Part shown: one piece after another, positions 20,091 through 29,035 of the stretch
How the letters are laid out: each line of letters starts with the position of its first letter
Position numbering within the stretch: position 1 is the first letter of the stretch
Translations under genes and position numbers: made by a program
Assembly (NCBI GenBank): GCA_029881725.1
Contig: JAOUMB010000010.1
Coordinates: forward strand, 1,539 to 65,538
Source of the DNA: Nitrospirota bacterium
GTDB taxonomy: Bacteria; Nitrospirota; JACRHL01
DNA length: 64,000 nucleotides
Direction of reading: 5' to 3'
Notes under the pieces: model-generated
What the model saw: the letters and a program-made list of their open reading frames with translations, nothing else
What the model was told of the DNA's origin: nothing
Databases searched by the model: none

Positions 20091-22416
20091 CGGTCTGCCG
20101 CTCCGTCCCCCGGGCGTCCCGGTAGCGGGCGCGGAAGGTATGGCGGCCGCGGCTCAGCGGCCACAGCCAGGTGACCGTGTCCGCCGCCTCCAGAGCCACC
20201 GGCTCGCCGTCGATCAGCCAGTCCACCTGCCCCGCCCCCTCGGGCAGCAGCAGGCGCAGGGGCATGCGCTGGGCGTGCGGGGGAATGTTCGGGTCCACGG
20301 CGTAAATGCTGCGGTCACGTGGCTCAAGGATGGTCGCCTCCCCACCGCGTTCGACCACGGCCACCACCGGCAGCGGCGCTTCCGGGCCGCAGGCGTCGGC
20401 CATGGCGCGGGCCAGCAGCGGCAGGCCGTTGTCCTGCGACCACTGGCGGAAGCGTGGCTCGGGCTCCATGTAGCGCACCGTGCGCGGGCCGTCCCTGCAA
20501 ATCTCGGCGCGCACGTGGCGATGCACGGTGCAGGTGGCGGTGGGAGCGTTTTCCGCCCGGAACCACTCGCGCACCGTGCCATCGCAATCGGGGCCGGGCA
20601 GATGGCCGGACAGGGGGCACACGTCCCGCGCCACCAGCCCGTCGGGCACTTCCGGCCAGGGGGTGCCGCGCCCCTGCATGGCGCGGCGCATCACTTGGTG
20701 AAACAAGGGCCCCGCGCCGGTGATGCCGCTCACCCCGTGCATGGGGCGGCCCGCGTCCTGCCCCACCCACACCCCCACGGTGACCCGCGGGGTGTAGCCC
20801 AGCACCCAGTTGTCGCGGTAGCTGCTGGAGGTGCCGGTCTTGGCCGCCACCGGAAACGGAAAGGAGAGATCGTTATGCCGCCCGAATTCCCCTTCGCGGG
20901 CCAGCGGGTCGCGCAGCACATCGCCGATCAGCCACGCCACCCGCTCCGGCAGCACCCGCTCCCCTTCCGGCGGCGGACCGTCGTGGCGGAAATGCGTGAG
21001 CGGCACCGTCCTGCCCCCCCGCGCCAGCATGGCGTAGGCGCGCACCATCTGATCCAGCGGCACCTCGCCGTTGCCCAGGGTGAGGCCGGGGCCGTAGTCT
21101 TCGGACTCGCGGGTCAGGCTGTCGATGCCGGAGGCGCGCAGCAGGGCCAGCAGGTTGGCCGGATCCAGCTCCAGGGCGGTGACCACGGCGGGCACGTTGA
21201 GGGAGTTGCCCAGCGCCTCGCGGATGCGGCGCGGCCCGGTGAAATCCCCCCCGTAATTGCGCGGGCGGTAGGGTCCGGCGCGGGTGGACACCACCACCGG
21301 CAGGTCCGGCACCAGATCGGCCAGGGTGCCGCCGTGGGTCAGGGCCAGGGCGTAGGTGAACGGCTTGATGGTGGAACCCGGCTGACGCGGCGCGGCGGCG
21401 TAATCCACCATGCCCGCGTTGTCGGTATCGAAAAAGTCGGGAGAGCCCACATAGGCCAGAATCTCGCCGGTGGCGTTGTCCACCACCAGGGCGGCGGCGG
21501 CGTTCACGTCCCGGCTTTCAAGGGAATGCACCGCCTGCGCCACCAGCGCCTGCACGTCGTTTTGCAGGGCCAGATCCAGGCTGGTCCGCACCGGGCCCGA
21601 GGCCCCCTCCGGCATGGCCCTGCGCACCCGCTCGGTAAAATGCGGCGCCAGCAGGCCGGGAGCGGTAAGGGCGGTGGGCACCGGTTCGGAAACCGCGTGC
21701 CGCGCCTCGGCGGCATCGATCAACCCGGCTTCGGCCATACGCGCCAGCAGCCGGTCCCGGTGGCGGGCCAGTTCGTCGGATTCGGCCAGCAGCCGGTTGG
21801 GGGCCCTCACCAGCACCGCCAGTGTGGCCGCCTGAGCCGCGGAAAGCAGGCTGCAATCGGTTCCAAAGTAGGCACGGCAGGCCTCCCCTGCCCCGGTCAC
21901 CGTGCCGCCGTAAGGGACGTGATTCAGGTACCAGGCCAGAATCTCGTCCTTGGACACCGCCCCGTCCAGCCGGGCGGCGGCGGCGATCTGCAAAAATTTG
22001 CCCGGCAGGGTGCGCGGAATGTCCCCCGCCATGCGCGCCACCTGCATGGACACGGTGGACGCACCGGAACGGCTGTCCCCCGCCCCCCGCCGCCACGCAG
22101 CCCGCGCCAGTGCCGGGTAATCCACCCCGCCGTGGGTGTAAAAACGGCGGTCCTCGGAAAGCAGCACCGCCCCGGCCAGCAGTGGCGGAATGGCGGGCAG
22201 CGCCACCCCCCGCCGCCCGTCCGTCGCCGGAATATCGCGCAGCAGTGAGCCGTTGCGGTCGAACAGGCGCAGGGAACGGGAGTCTTCAGCGGGCAGCGCG
22301 TGCGGGAGGGTGAGCCACATGACGGCGAGCACGGCACAGAGGGACGCACCCACCCAAAGCAGCCGGGCCGGGACGTTCCACGGATACCCGTACCTATGTC
22401 GTTTCAACGGGAACAA
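20065..22416 (-). CDS. pbpC: Penicillin-binding protein 1C (class A PBP: GT51 transglycosylase, transpeptidase, PbpC C-terminal domain).
   Basis: 783 aa. LLSEDRRFYTHGGVDYPALARAAW...GASTVSMQVARM (GT51 motifs), TGTSSSYRDNWVLGY (KTG region), C-terminal domain present. Co-linear with E. coli PbpC. The start is approximate (TTG at 22416; an in-frame ATG lies 32 codons downstream). Confidence 0.85.
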   Translation of the reverse strand: MFPLKRHRYGYPWNVPARLLWVGASLCAVLAVMWLTLPHALPAEDSRSLRLFDRNGSLLRDIPATDGRRGVALPAIPPLLAGAVLLSEDRRFYTHGGVDYPALARAAWRRGAGDSRSGASTVSMQVARMAGDIPRTLPGKFLQIAAAARLDGAVSKDEILAWYLNHVPYGGTVTGAGEACRAYFGTDCSLLSAAQAATLAVLVRAPNRLLAESDELARHRDRLLARMAEAGLIDAAEARHAVSEPVPTALTAPGLLAPHFTERVRRAMPEGASGPVRTSLDLALQNDVQALVAQAVHSLESRDVNAAAALVVDNATGEILAYVGSPDFFDTDNAGMVDYAAAPRQPGSTIKPFTYALALTHGGTLADLVPDLPVVVSTRAGPYRPRNYGGDFTGPRRIREALGNSLNVPAVVTALELDPANLLALLRASGIDSLTRESEDYGPGLTLGNGEVPLDQMVRAYAMLARGGRTVPLTHFRHDGPPPEGERVLPERVAWLIGDVLRDPLAREGEFGRHNDLSFPFPVAAKTGTSSSYRDNWVLGYTPRVTVGVWVGQDAGRPMHGVSGITGAGPLFHQVMRRAMQGRGTPWPEVPDGLVARDVCPLSGHLPGPDCDGTVREWFRAENAPTATCTVHRHVRAEICRDGPRTVRYMEPEPRFRQWSQDNGLPLLARAMADACGPEAPLPVVAVVERGGEATILEPRDRSIYAVDPNIPPHAQRMPLRLLLPEGAGQVDWLIDGEPVALEAADTVTWLWPLSRGRHTFRARYRDARGTERQTDAAAIRVL

Positions 22417-22524
22417 TGGCGGTCACCACCGGTCAATGGGTTTCCTGCTCGAGTTCAAGGCCTGTATCCCTATCACCTGTGCAACCCCGGCTTCCGCCCG
22501 CCGGGTCGCCACCCAATCACTCCC

Positions 22525-25500
22525 TTACGGCTCCGCAACCACGAACCGCGCCGGAACCCCAGCCCCGTACGTCTCCGGGGCATACATTTCCTCCACGATC
22601 GGCGCGTTGGCCGAGAACGTTCCGGTGGCGATGGCCTGCGCCACATAGGCCATTTCGTAGGTGCCGGGGCTGATGAAGTCGGCGAACCAGCGCACCGCCT
22701 CCAGCCCCATCTCCCGGTGGTAGAACCCGCCGGAACGGTAGGCGCCGTACCACAGGTCGTCCTCGTTCCAGGAATAGCCGCCGGAACTGTTGTCGCCCTC
22801 GCCCAGTTGGGCCAGCGCTTTACTGGCGGAGGCCAGGGCGGTGTTGATCGGCTCCAGCCCGGCGGCCAGCGGGTCGCTCAGGGCCACGAACAGGCGCTCG
22901 GCGGGGATGCCCACCTTCAGGCTCACGCGCACGATCTCGCCCCGTTTGATCTCGCCGCCGTCCGCCAGGGGCTGCCAGGCGCCGTTCCGGTGCACGGCAT
23001 ATTCCCGCGCCACGGTCATTCCCGCGTTCACCGGGTCCCCCGGCACGTCCTGATAGGCGAAGCGGATGCGCGCCGTGTAATAGGCGCGCCCGGTGCCCTT
23101 GCGGGTCAGTTTAAGTTCCGTCTGGCGGCCCGGATCGTCCGCCGCGAACGGATAGGAGAAGGTGCGCGGGTTGGCGTCGAAGCCCTTGAAGGTTTCGCTG
23201 CCGATGTCGTGCCCGCCCAGGGAGCCGGACACGGTGAAGTCCGGCGTGTCCTTTTCGTAGATCCGGGCATAGTCCACCAGCGCGTTGGTGCAGTAGAGGT
23301 TCTCCTGGGTGTTGTTCCAGCGCCCGGCCTTGCGGCTTTCGGTGATGAAACGGGTGAGCGGCGTGGTCTGCTGTTCCGATCCGGCAACCTGGGTGAACGC
23401 GGTGAGCAACAGGCAATTGGTGCGGGTGGTGGTGTGCAGGATGCGCCCCCAGCCGTCGTCGTTGGTCTCCTGGAACTGCACCTTGCCGGAGGTGATCTCC
23501 ATGTGCGAGCGGATCTCCCCGGCCAGCGACTCGGCCATGCCGCCGGTGTTCTGGGCCAGGTTCAGCCCCATCCACAAAAAGCCCTTTCCAAACAGGCTGA
23601 GCAGTTCCCGGTCGCCATACAGGTTGCTCATGGCGGAGCCGGTGTTGCGGCCGTTGCGCAGCAATGTGTAGCCGATCATGGCGCGCACGCTGGCCCTGGA
23701 GCGCTTGCTGTAATACCAGGGCCAGGCGGAGTCGTTGCGCAGCAGGTTGTCCAGATAGCCGTGCAGCCGGGTTTTCACATCGGCGGGCACCGGATAGCGG
23801 GCCTCCTCCAGCCACAGCATGCCCAGCCCGGTATAGGCGGACAGGTACGGATCGGCCAGTTCGTCGCGCGGGCTCCAGTAGGCAAAGCCGCCGCTCGGGG
23901 TCTGGAAGCGCGCCGCATCGCTCATGGTCTGGGCAATGAGGCCGCTGGCGGCCTGCTTCGCCACCTTCACCTCGGGGTCCAGGTAGCCATCCAGCGCCAC
24001 CGCGTTTCGGTACATGAGCGCCTTGGTCAGGCGCTGTTCCCAGCACAGGTACGGATACTCGAATACGTAGCGGAACACGTCGTTCAGGTGCGAAAGCACG
24101 GAGCTGGACACCAGCAGTTCGATGCCGCCCACGTCGGTGCGGATGCCGGGTGGAATCTGCACCCCTTCGGTGACCCCGTCGGTGGTGGTGGAGCCATAGG
24201 TGGCGAATACCGCCGGGGTGGCGAACGGCACCACCTTGAACGGCAGGCGCATGCCGTCGAACAGTTCACCGGAGCGGGCACGAATTTCCACCTTGCCCGC
24301 CCCGGCGTGGGACGGGGCGGTCAGCGGGAACTGCACGATGCCCTTGCCCCCGGCGGGCACGGTCACCGGCTGCTCGCCCGGCCCGGCCAGCTTGAGCGGA
24401 CCGGGGGTGAGCGAGACGTCCACGTCCAGCGGCCCCTCCACCCGGTTGTGCACCACAAAACGGGCGTCGAAGGCATCCCCCTCGGTGGCGAAATTGGGCA
24501 GCGCCGATTCCAGCATCAGCTTCTGGTTGACCTTGAAACTGCCGTCGGTGCCGGTGCCAAAGCGGTGCTTAGTATCCACCGCCACCGCGATGATGCGCCA
24601 GGTGGTCAGGTTATCGGGCGCGGTAAAGGTGAACTGGGCCTTGCCGTCCGCCCCGGTGCGCAGGGCCGGTTCCCAGTAGGCCACGGCCTTGAACAACTCG
24701 CGCAGACGCTCCTCGCCCGCGCCGCCACCGCCGCCGGGATCGGCCCCCTTCTTGCCGTAATGGCGGCGGCCGATCAGGTGGATCAGGGTTTCACTGGTGG
24801 TCACGTCCAGCGGCGGAAGCTCGTAAAAATAGTCGTGCACCTCGTACTTGGCCGCATAGTCCCCGGCCAGTTGCAGCACCGCCTCGTCCACCACCGCCAC
24901 CATCACCTCGGCATCCACGGCCCTGCCCCCGGGACCGGCAACGGACACGTACCCGGTCACCGTGGCCCCCGGCTCCACCTCGGCGCTGGCGGTGCCGGAA
25001 GTGACCGCCAGACGGGTGGACGGATCGCTTACCGGCACACGGATCATGCCCATCTTGAAGGACGGCTTGCCCAGATCGACGCCATCCTCGATTTTTTCGG
25101 AGGTGCGCCCGGACAGCAGCACCACGGACAGGTAAAAACCGGGCACCAGGGCGTCCCGGTCGATGGGGAATTCCAGCACCTGGGCGCCGCCGGTAAGGGT
25201 GCGTTCCTCCCGGTGCAGAATGCCGTGCCGCTCCAGCGAAATCAGCGCCCGCGCCTCCTCATAGGGCGATTTGACCAGCACCCGCAGGGTGTCGCCCTTC
25301 ACATACTCCTTCTTCTCCGGAATCAGGTCGATGCGGTCGTTGTCCTGACGCCACCAGCCGATGTATTCCGGTCCGGTCACATAGCGGCCGATGGTGGTGG
25401 TCACCGGCCGGCCCCTGCCGTCGCGGGCCTCCGCCTGCACCATGTAATACCCGGCGGAATTGGGCGCAAGCGGGCAGCTTTGCGCCTGCCTGGCGGTGGT

Positions 25501-28410
25501 GACGGTGCAGCGCGCCATCTCCTTGTCGGTGGTGGTGGTGTCGTAATGGAAGTAGTTGCCCGCCCCCCGGCGGCGCACGGTGTTGTATTCGCGCTTTTTC
25601 AGAATCAGGTCCACGGACACGCCGGGCACAGGTTTGTCTTCCGGGCTCACCGCCACCACCTGCACCTCCATATCCTGCTTGGGCTCGAACACCCACTCTT
25701 TGGTGTGCAGACCCAGATAGAAGTTGGTGGGGTGCACCGTGGTGCGGGTGCGGGCGGCGATCTCCCGCCCGGAATCATCCGGGAAGCGCGCCTCCATGGT
25801 GACCGTGCCGTGGCCGTTGACGCGCCCCGTGGGCAGGGTCACCAGACTGCGGAACACGCCGTCCGCGTCGGTGGCCAGCGACTCGTTGACCACCGTATAC
25901 GGGCTGCCCTGGTAATAGCCGGTGTCGCTGGCAAAGGTGTATTTCTCCAGCGCGGGGGCCTTGGGCCGGAACGGCTGCCCCTGCCAGCTCACGTTCAGCG
26001 TGCCCCGCACCCCCTGCACCGGACCGCCAAAGTGATAGGCCGCGTTGCCGTTGACCGGAATGGCGTCGGTCACCTGGAACGACTCGCCCGGTTTTTCCAC
26101 CGTCACCTTGAAGGTGGGCAGCCGGTATTCCTCCACCCGGAACGCCTCGCTCTCGACCAGGGCGTGGCCGTGAATGTTCTTCACGTATACCGTGTAGCCG
26201 CCCATGGCCGCATTGGCGGGCAGGGTGAATTCCAGATCGCCGGTGCTGAATTCGTTGAGCTTCATCTCCGTGTCCGCCAGCACCGGGTCGCCCCGGAAGT
26301 TGGCCACCTGCACGGTCAGGATGCGTTCCGCCGGGTCCAGCAGCTTGAGCGATTCATGGTCCCACTGGCGGGCGTAGATTTTCAGCCGCACCGTATCGCC
26401 CGCCTTGTACAGGGGGCGGTCGCTCACCACGTTCATGCGGAAGTTGTTTTTGGCCGTCAGTCTGGACGACGGCACGCCGAAGTCCCAGCTGCGGATTCCG
26501 CCGGTCCAGCGGTGGGAGTCCACGAAGGAGAAATCGTCCGCGGTCTCGGCCACCAGAAACAGGGTGTCATCGCCGTAGCTGCCCACATTGCGGGCCGGAT
26601 CGAGCTCCCGCAATCCCGGAAGGGACACAAAACCGTTGGCATCGGTACCGGCATAGGCGCGCGTGTTGCCGTTCTCGTCCACCACGCGCACCACCACGCC
26701 CTGCTTCGGGGTGGCGTCCTTCAGGGAATGCACCCAGGCGCCACTGTTGAAATAGCCCATCTTGCCGGTGATGCCGAAGTCGGTGATCTGCACCTGGAAG
26801 GTCTTGGGGCAAATGGGGTTGCCACGGTGATCCACGTCCACCCGCTTGCCGTCCAGGTCGTATACCTCGTCCGCGCGCCCGATCAGAAAGCCGTTGGGGA
26901 GGTCCGGCTTCAGCAGCCGGAAGTCCAGCGGGTTGACCGCCGGGATGTCCCATCCGGCCTCGGTCTGGACATCGTGGGCCTCGAACAGGCCACGCGGATC
27001 GGCCTTTTCCAGGTCGCAGCGGCTGCTCCAGTTGCGGTCCAGGCCGATGTAATCCAGGTTTTTGGAGTCGCGGCTGCCCATCAGGTTGAGGCGGAAGTTT
27101 TTCACGTTCACCGCCGTATACCCCACCTGATGCGGGCCCTTGGCCTCAATCACCGCCGTGCTGTGCTCCAGGTCGAGGGACGGATCGAAGTGGGTGGTCT
27201 CGAAGGAAAACGCCTTCGCCCCCTGAAGCGGGCGGCCAAAGCGGTCGGTAATGGCCGGGTCCAGGGCGATCTGATAGGTGGCTTCCCCGCCAAACGGGCG
27301 GCTGAGGGAGTAGCCGTGGGCCACGTTATCCGGGTTGTCCTTCAGGTATTCCGGCGAGTTGTACCCGCCCGGCAGCCAGCCCGCGTGGGGGGTGACGGTG
27401 ATGCGGTCGGCCAGTTGACCGTTGGTGGTGGGCACCGAAAAGCGGAGGTGCACGCTGTCGCCCGGATCGCATTTTTTCAGGTCCAGCGACTCGGTTCGGG
27501 TGCCGCCGGTGGTCTTGTTGCGCCAGCCGCAGGCGAATTCCCGCACGAAAAAATCGGGGAACGTGCGGAAGTTGATCTCGATGTCCCGCTGCGCCGGAAG
27601 CGGGCCGGACACGGCCACCATCTTGCCCCGGTCCAGTATCAGCTTGCAGCCATCATCCGCACCCAGATCCTTTTGCGGCGTGAAATAAAAGCTGCGGGAG
27701 GCGTCAAATCGCCCCCGCTCCTCATCCTCGCCCAACGGCCGCACCGTGGCCGAAACGCCACTGCCGAACAGGTTGCACTTGAAGGCCGCCGCCGCTTCCA
27801 GCGAGTCCTGTTTAACCGGCTGGTTAAACGATACGGTAACCGTGGGCAGCACCGGGCTGTCGGTAAATTCCACCTGTTGCCCGGCCGCCCGCAGGGTGGC
27901 GGTGGCGAACCGGGTGACGTGATCCTTTTCCAGAACGGTACCGTCCAGAGCCTTCATCCCGGCGGCGATTTTGACCTCGTAGGCGGTGGAAAGGGGCAAT
28001 TCGCCGTCCAGCCAGCAGGCCAGGCTGGTGGTGTTCAGCCACCGCCAGCTGCAATCGGGCTGCGGGGTGATGGACACCGGCAGGCCCTGGGCGGAGGCCT
28101 CCATGTCGCCCAGTTCCACCATGCGTTTGTTGAACACGATGACCACTTGGGACACGGCGGTCTGCTCGATCGCCGACGGCTTGACCAGCGACACCACCAG
28201 ATTCGCCGACGAGGTGAGGGCGACGTCCAGGCTCGCGCTGTCCGCGGCGGTGGTTTGGGGGATGGAGGCAGGGCCGCCCGGGCTGCCCTCCGGCGTGCCG
28301 AGGGGGCCTCCGCCGCTGCAGGCGGCCAACACCCCGGCCAGCATCAGGGCAAAAAACCAGGAAAAATGCGGGCCGTTGACACGCGCACCGGTGATATCAG
28401 CAAACCCCAT
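22525..28410 (-). CDS. Bacterial alpha-2-macroglobulin family lipoprotein (YfhM/ECAM-like, thioester-containing).
   Basis: About 1960 aa from ATG MGFADITGARVNGPHFSWFFALMLAGVLAAC (lipobox LAAC), with a GGAGAGGG RBS. A candidate thioester motif is YPYLCWEQ (CxEQ). It sits immediately upstream of pbpC, as in the known yfhM-pbpC gene pair. Confidence 0.9.
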   Translation of the reverse strand: MGFADITGARVNGPHFSWFFALMLAGVLAACSGGGPLGTPEGSPGGPASIPQTTAADSASLDVALTSSANLVVSLVKPSAIEQTAVSQVVIVFNKRMVELGDMEASAQGLPVSITPQPDCSWRWLNTTSLACWLDGELPLSTAYEVKIAAGMKALDGTVLEKDHVTRFATATLRAAGQQVEFTDSPVLPTVTVSFNQPVKQDSLEAAAAFKCNLFGSGVSATVRPLGEDEERGRFDASRSFYFTPQKDLGADDGCKLILDRGKMVAVSGPLPAQRDIEINFRTFPDFFVREFACGWRNKTTGGTRTESLDLKKCDPGDSVHLRFSVPTTNGQLADRITVTPHAGWLPGGYNSPEYLKDNPDNVAHGYSLSRPFGGEATYQIALDPAITDRFGRPLQGAKAFSFETTHFDPSLDLEHSTAVIEAKGPHQVGYTAVNVKNFRLNLMGSRDSKNLDYIGLDRNWSSRCDLEKADPRGLFEAHDVQTEAGWDIPAVNPLDFRLLKPDLPNGFLIGRADEVYDLDGKRVDVDHRGNPICPKTFQVQITDFGITGKMGYFNSGAWVHSLKDATPKQGVVVRVVDENGNTRAYAGTDANGFVSLPGLRELDPARNVGSYGDDTLFLVAETADDFSFVDSHRWTGGIRSWDFGVPSSRLTAKNNFRMNVVSDRPLYKAGDTVRLKIYARQWDHESLKLLDPAERILTVQVANFRGDPVLADTEMKLNEFSTGDLEFTLPANAAMGGYTVYVKNIHGHALVESEAFRVEEYRLPTFKVTVEKPGESFQVTDAIPVNGNAAYHFGGPVQGVRGTLNVSWQGQPFRPKAPALEKYTFASDTGYYQGSPYTVVNESLATDADGVFRSLVTLPTGRVNGHGTVTMEARFPDDSGREIAARTRTTVHPTNFYLGLHTKEWVFEPKQDMEVQVVAVSPEDKPVPGVSVDLILKKREYNTVRRRGAGNYFHYDTTTTDKEMARCTVTTARQAQSCPLAPNSAGYYMVQAEARDGRGRPVTTTIGRYVTGPEYIGWWRQDNDRIDLIPEKKEYVKGDTLRVLVKSPYEEARALISLERHGILHREERTLTGGAQVLEFPIDRDALVPGFYLSVVLLSGRTSEKIEDGVDLGKPSFKMGMIRVPVSDPSTRLAVTSGTASAEVEPGATVTGYVSVAGPGGRAVDAEVMVAVVDEAVLQLAGDYAAKYEVHDYFYELPPLDVTTSETLIHLIGRRHYGKKGADPGGGGGAGEERLRELFKAVAYWEPALRTGADGKAQFTFTAPDNLTTWRIIAVAVDTKHRFGTGTDGSFKVNQKLMLESALPNFATEGDAFDARFVVHNRVEGPLDVDVSLTPGPLKLAGPGEQPVTVPAGGKGIVQFPLTAPSHAGAGKVEIRARSGELFDGMRLPFKVVPFATPAVFATYGSTTTDGVTEGVQIPPGIRTDVGGIELLVSSSVLSHLNDVFRYVFEYPYLCWEQRLTKALMYRNAVALDGYLDPEVKVAKQAASGLIAQTMSDAARFQTPSGGFAYWSPRDELADPYLSAYTGLGMLWLEEARYPVPADVKTRLHGYLDNLLRNDSAWPWYYSKRSRASVRAMIGYTLLRNGRNTGSAMSNLYGDRELLSLFGKGFLWMGLNLAQNTGGMAESLAGEIRSHMEITSGKVQFQETNDDGWGRILHTTTRTNCLLLTAFTQVAGSEQQTTPLTRFITESRKAGRWNNTQENLYCTNALVDYARIYEKDTPDFTVSGSLGGHDIGSETFKGFDANPRTFSYPFAADDPGRQTELKLTRKGTGRAYYTARIRFAYQDVPGDPVNAGMTVAREYAVHRNGAWQPLADGGEIKRGEIVRVSLKVGIPAERLFVALSDPLAAGLEPINTALASASKALAQLGEGDNSSGGYSWNEDDLWYGAYRSGGFYHREMGLEAVRWFADFISPGTYEMAYVAQAIATGTFSANAPIVEEMYAPETYGAGVPARFVVAEP

Positions 28411-28531
28411 CGTTCCCTCTCCCAGGCAGGGGATAATCGAACCCCGGCGGGCCATCCATGGCCATGCCGGTCGGTCCACTGTTCCAGAAGATTTACATTT
28501 TGGCAACCCGGCGGGCGGGCGCAGAGGCTGT

Positions 28532-28843
28532 CTAAGCGGCGGAAAGATGGATGGAAGTGGCGGCGCAGTAGTCACATTGCATCACCAGATGCCGCTGGTG
28601 GGATTCCGTCTCGCAGTGCATGACGCCGCTCAACTGGCCACTGCCACACACCCGGCACGGTTGCTCCTGTCCGCTGTGGTCGTGGGCGCGGGAAACGGTC
28701 ACTTCCGCCTGACAGGCGGTACAGGCCGCCCGGTAGCTATCCCCCCCACTCATGCAGGTGGAATGCAGTTCCAACTCCCCGGCGCCGCAGCAGGGGCAAC
28801 TGGTGGCCGCCAGCATGATGCGGGCACTGGCCTGATGATTCAT
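28532..28843 (-). CDS. Small Cys-rich protein (putative zinc-ribbon).
   Basis: About 103 aa from ATG MNHQASARIML with a GGAGGA RBS. Cys pairs CPCCG...C..C, CRVCG, CDYC. Sits between the beta-barrel gene and the A2M gene. Confidence 0.45.
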   Translation of the reverse strand: MNHQASARIMLAATSCPCCGAGELELHSTCMSGGDSYRAACTACQAEVTVSRAHDHSGQEQPCRVCGSGQLSGVMHCETESHQRHLVMQCDYCAATSIHLSAA

Positions 28844-29035
28844 GGCGATATCCTCCGTTACACACCGTGCAATCCAGCCCGAAATGGATTCAAAATCCGC
28901 GCCATTTCCCATTTATCGGATAAAACGAAATATTCCAATGGGTTCGCTGCACACGGAATGCGGATATCGGCGAATTACGTGCATTTACGTATCCGTGTTC
29001 CGCACACTTTTGTACAACCCCCCCTGGAAGCCGGG

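Noticed and set aside
19996-22248. 750-aa + strand ORF.
   Set aside because: Antisense to pbpC.
22300-28623. 2107-aa ORF on the + strand.
   Set aside because: It is exactly antisense to the alpha-2-macroglobulin gene. The translation is Gly/Ala/Arg/His-rich low-complexity with no motifs, whereas the minus-strand product has a lipobox, a thioester motif and an RBS. This is a typical high-GC shadow ORF.
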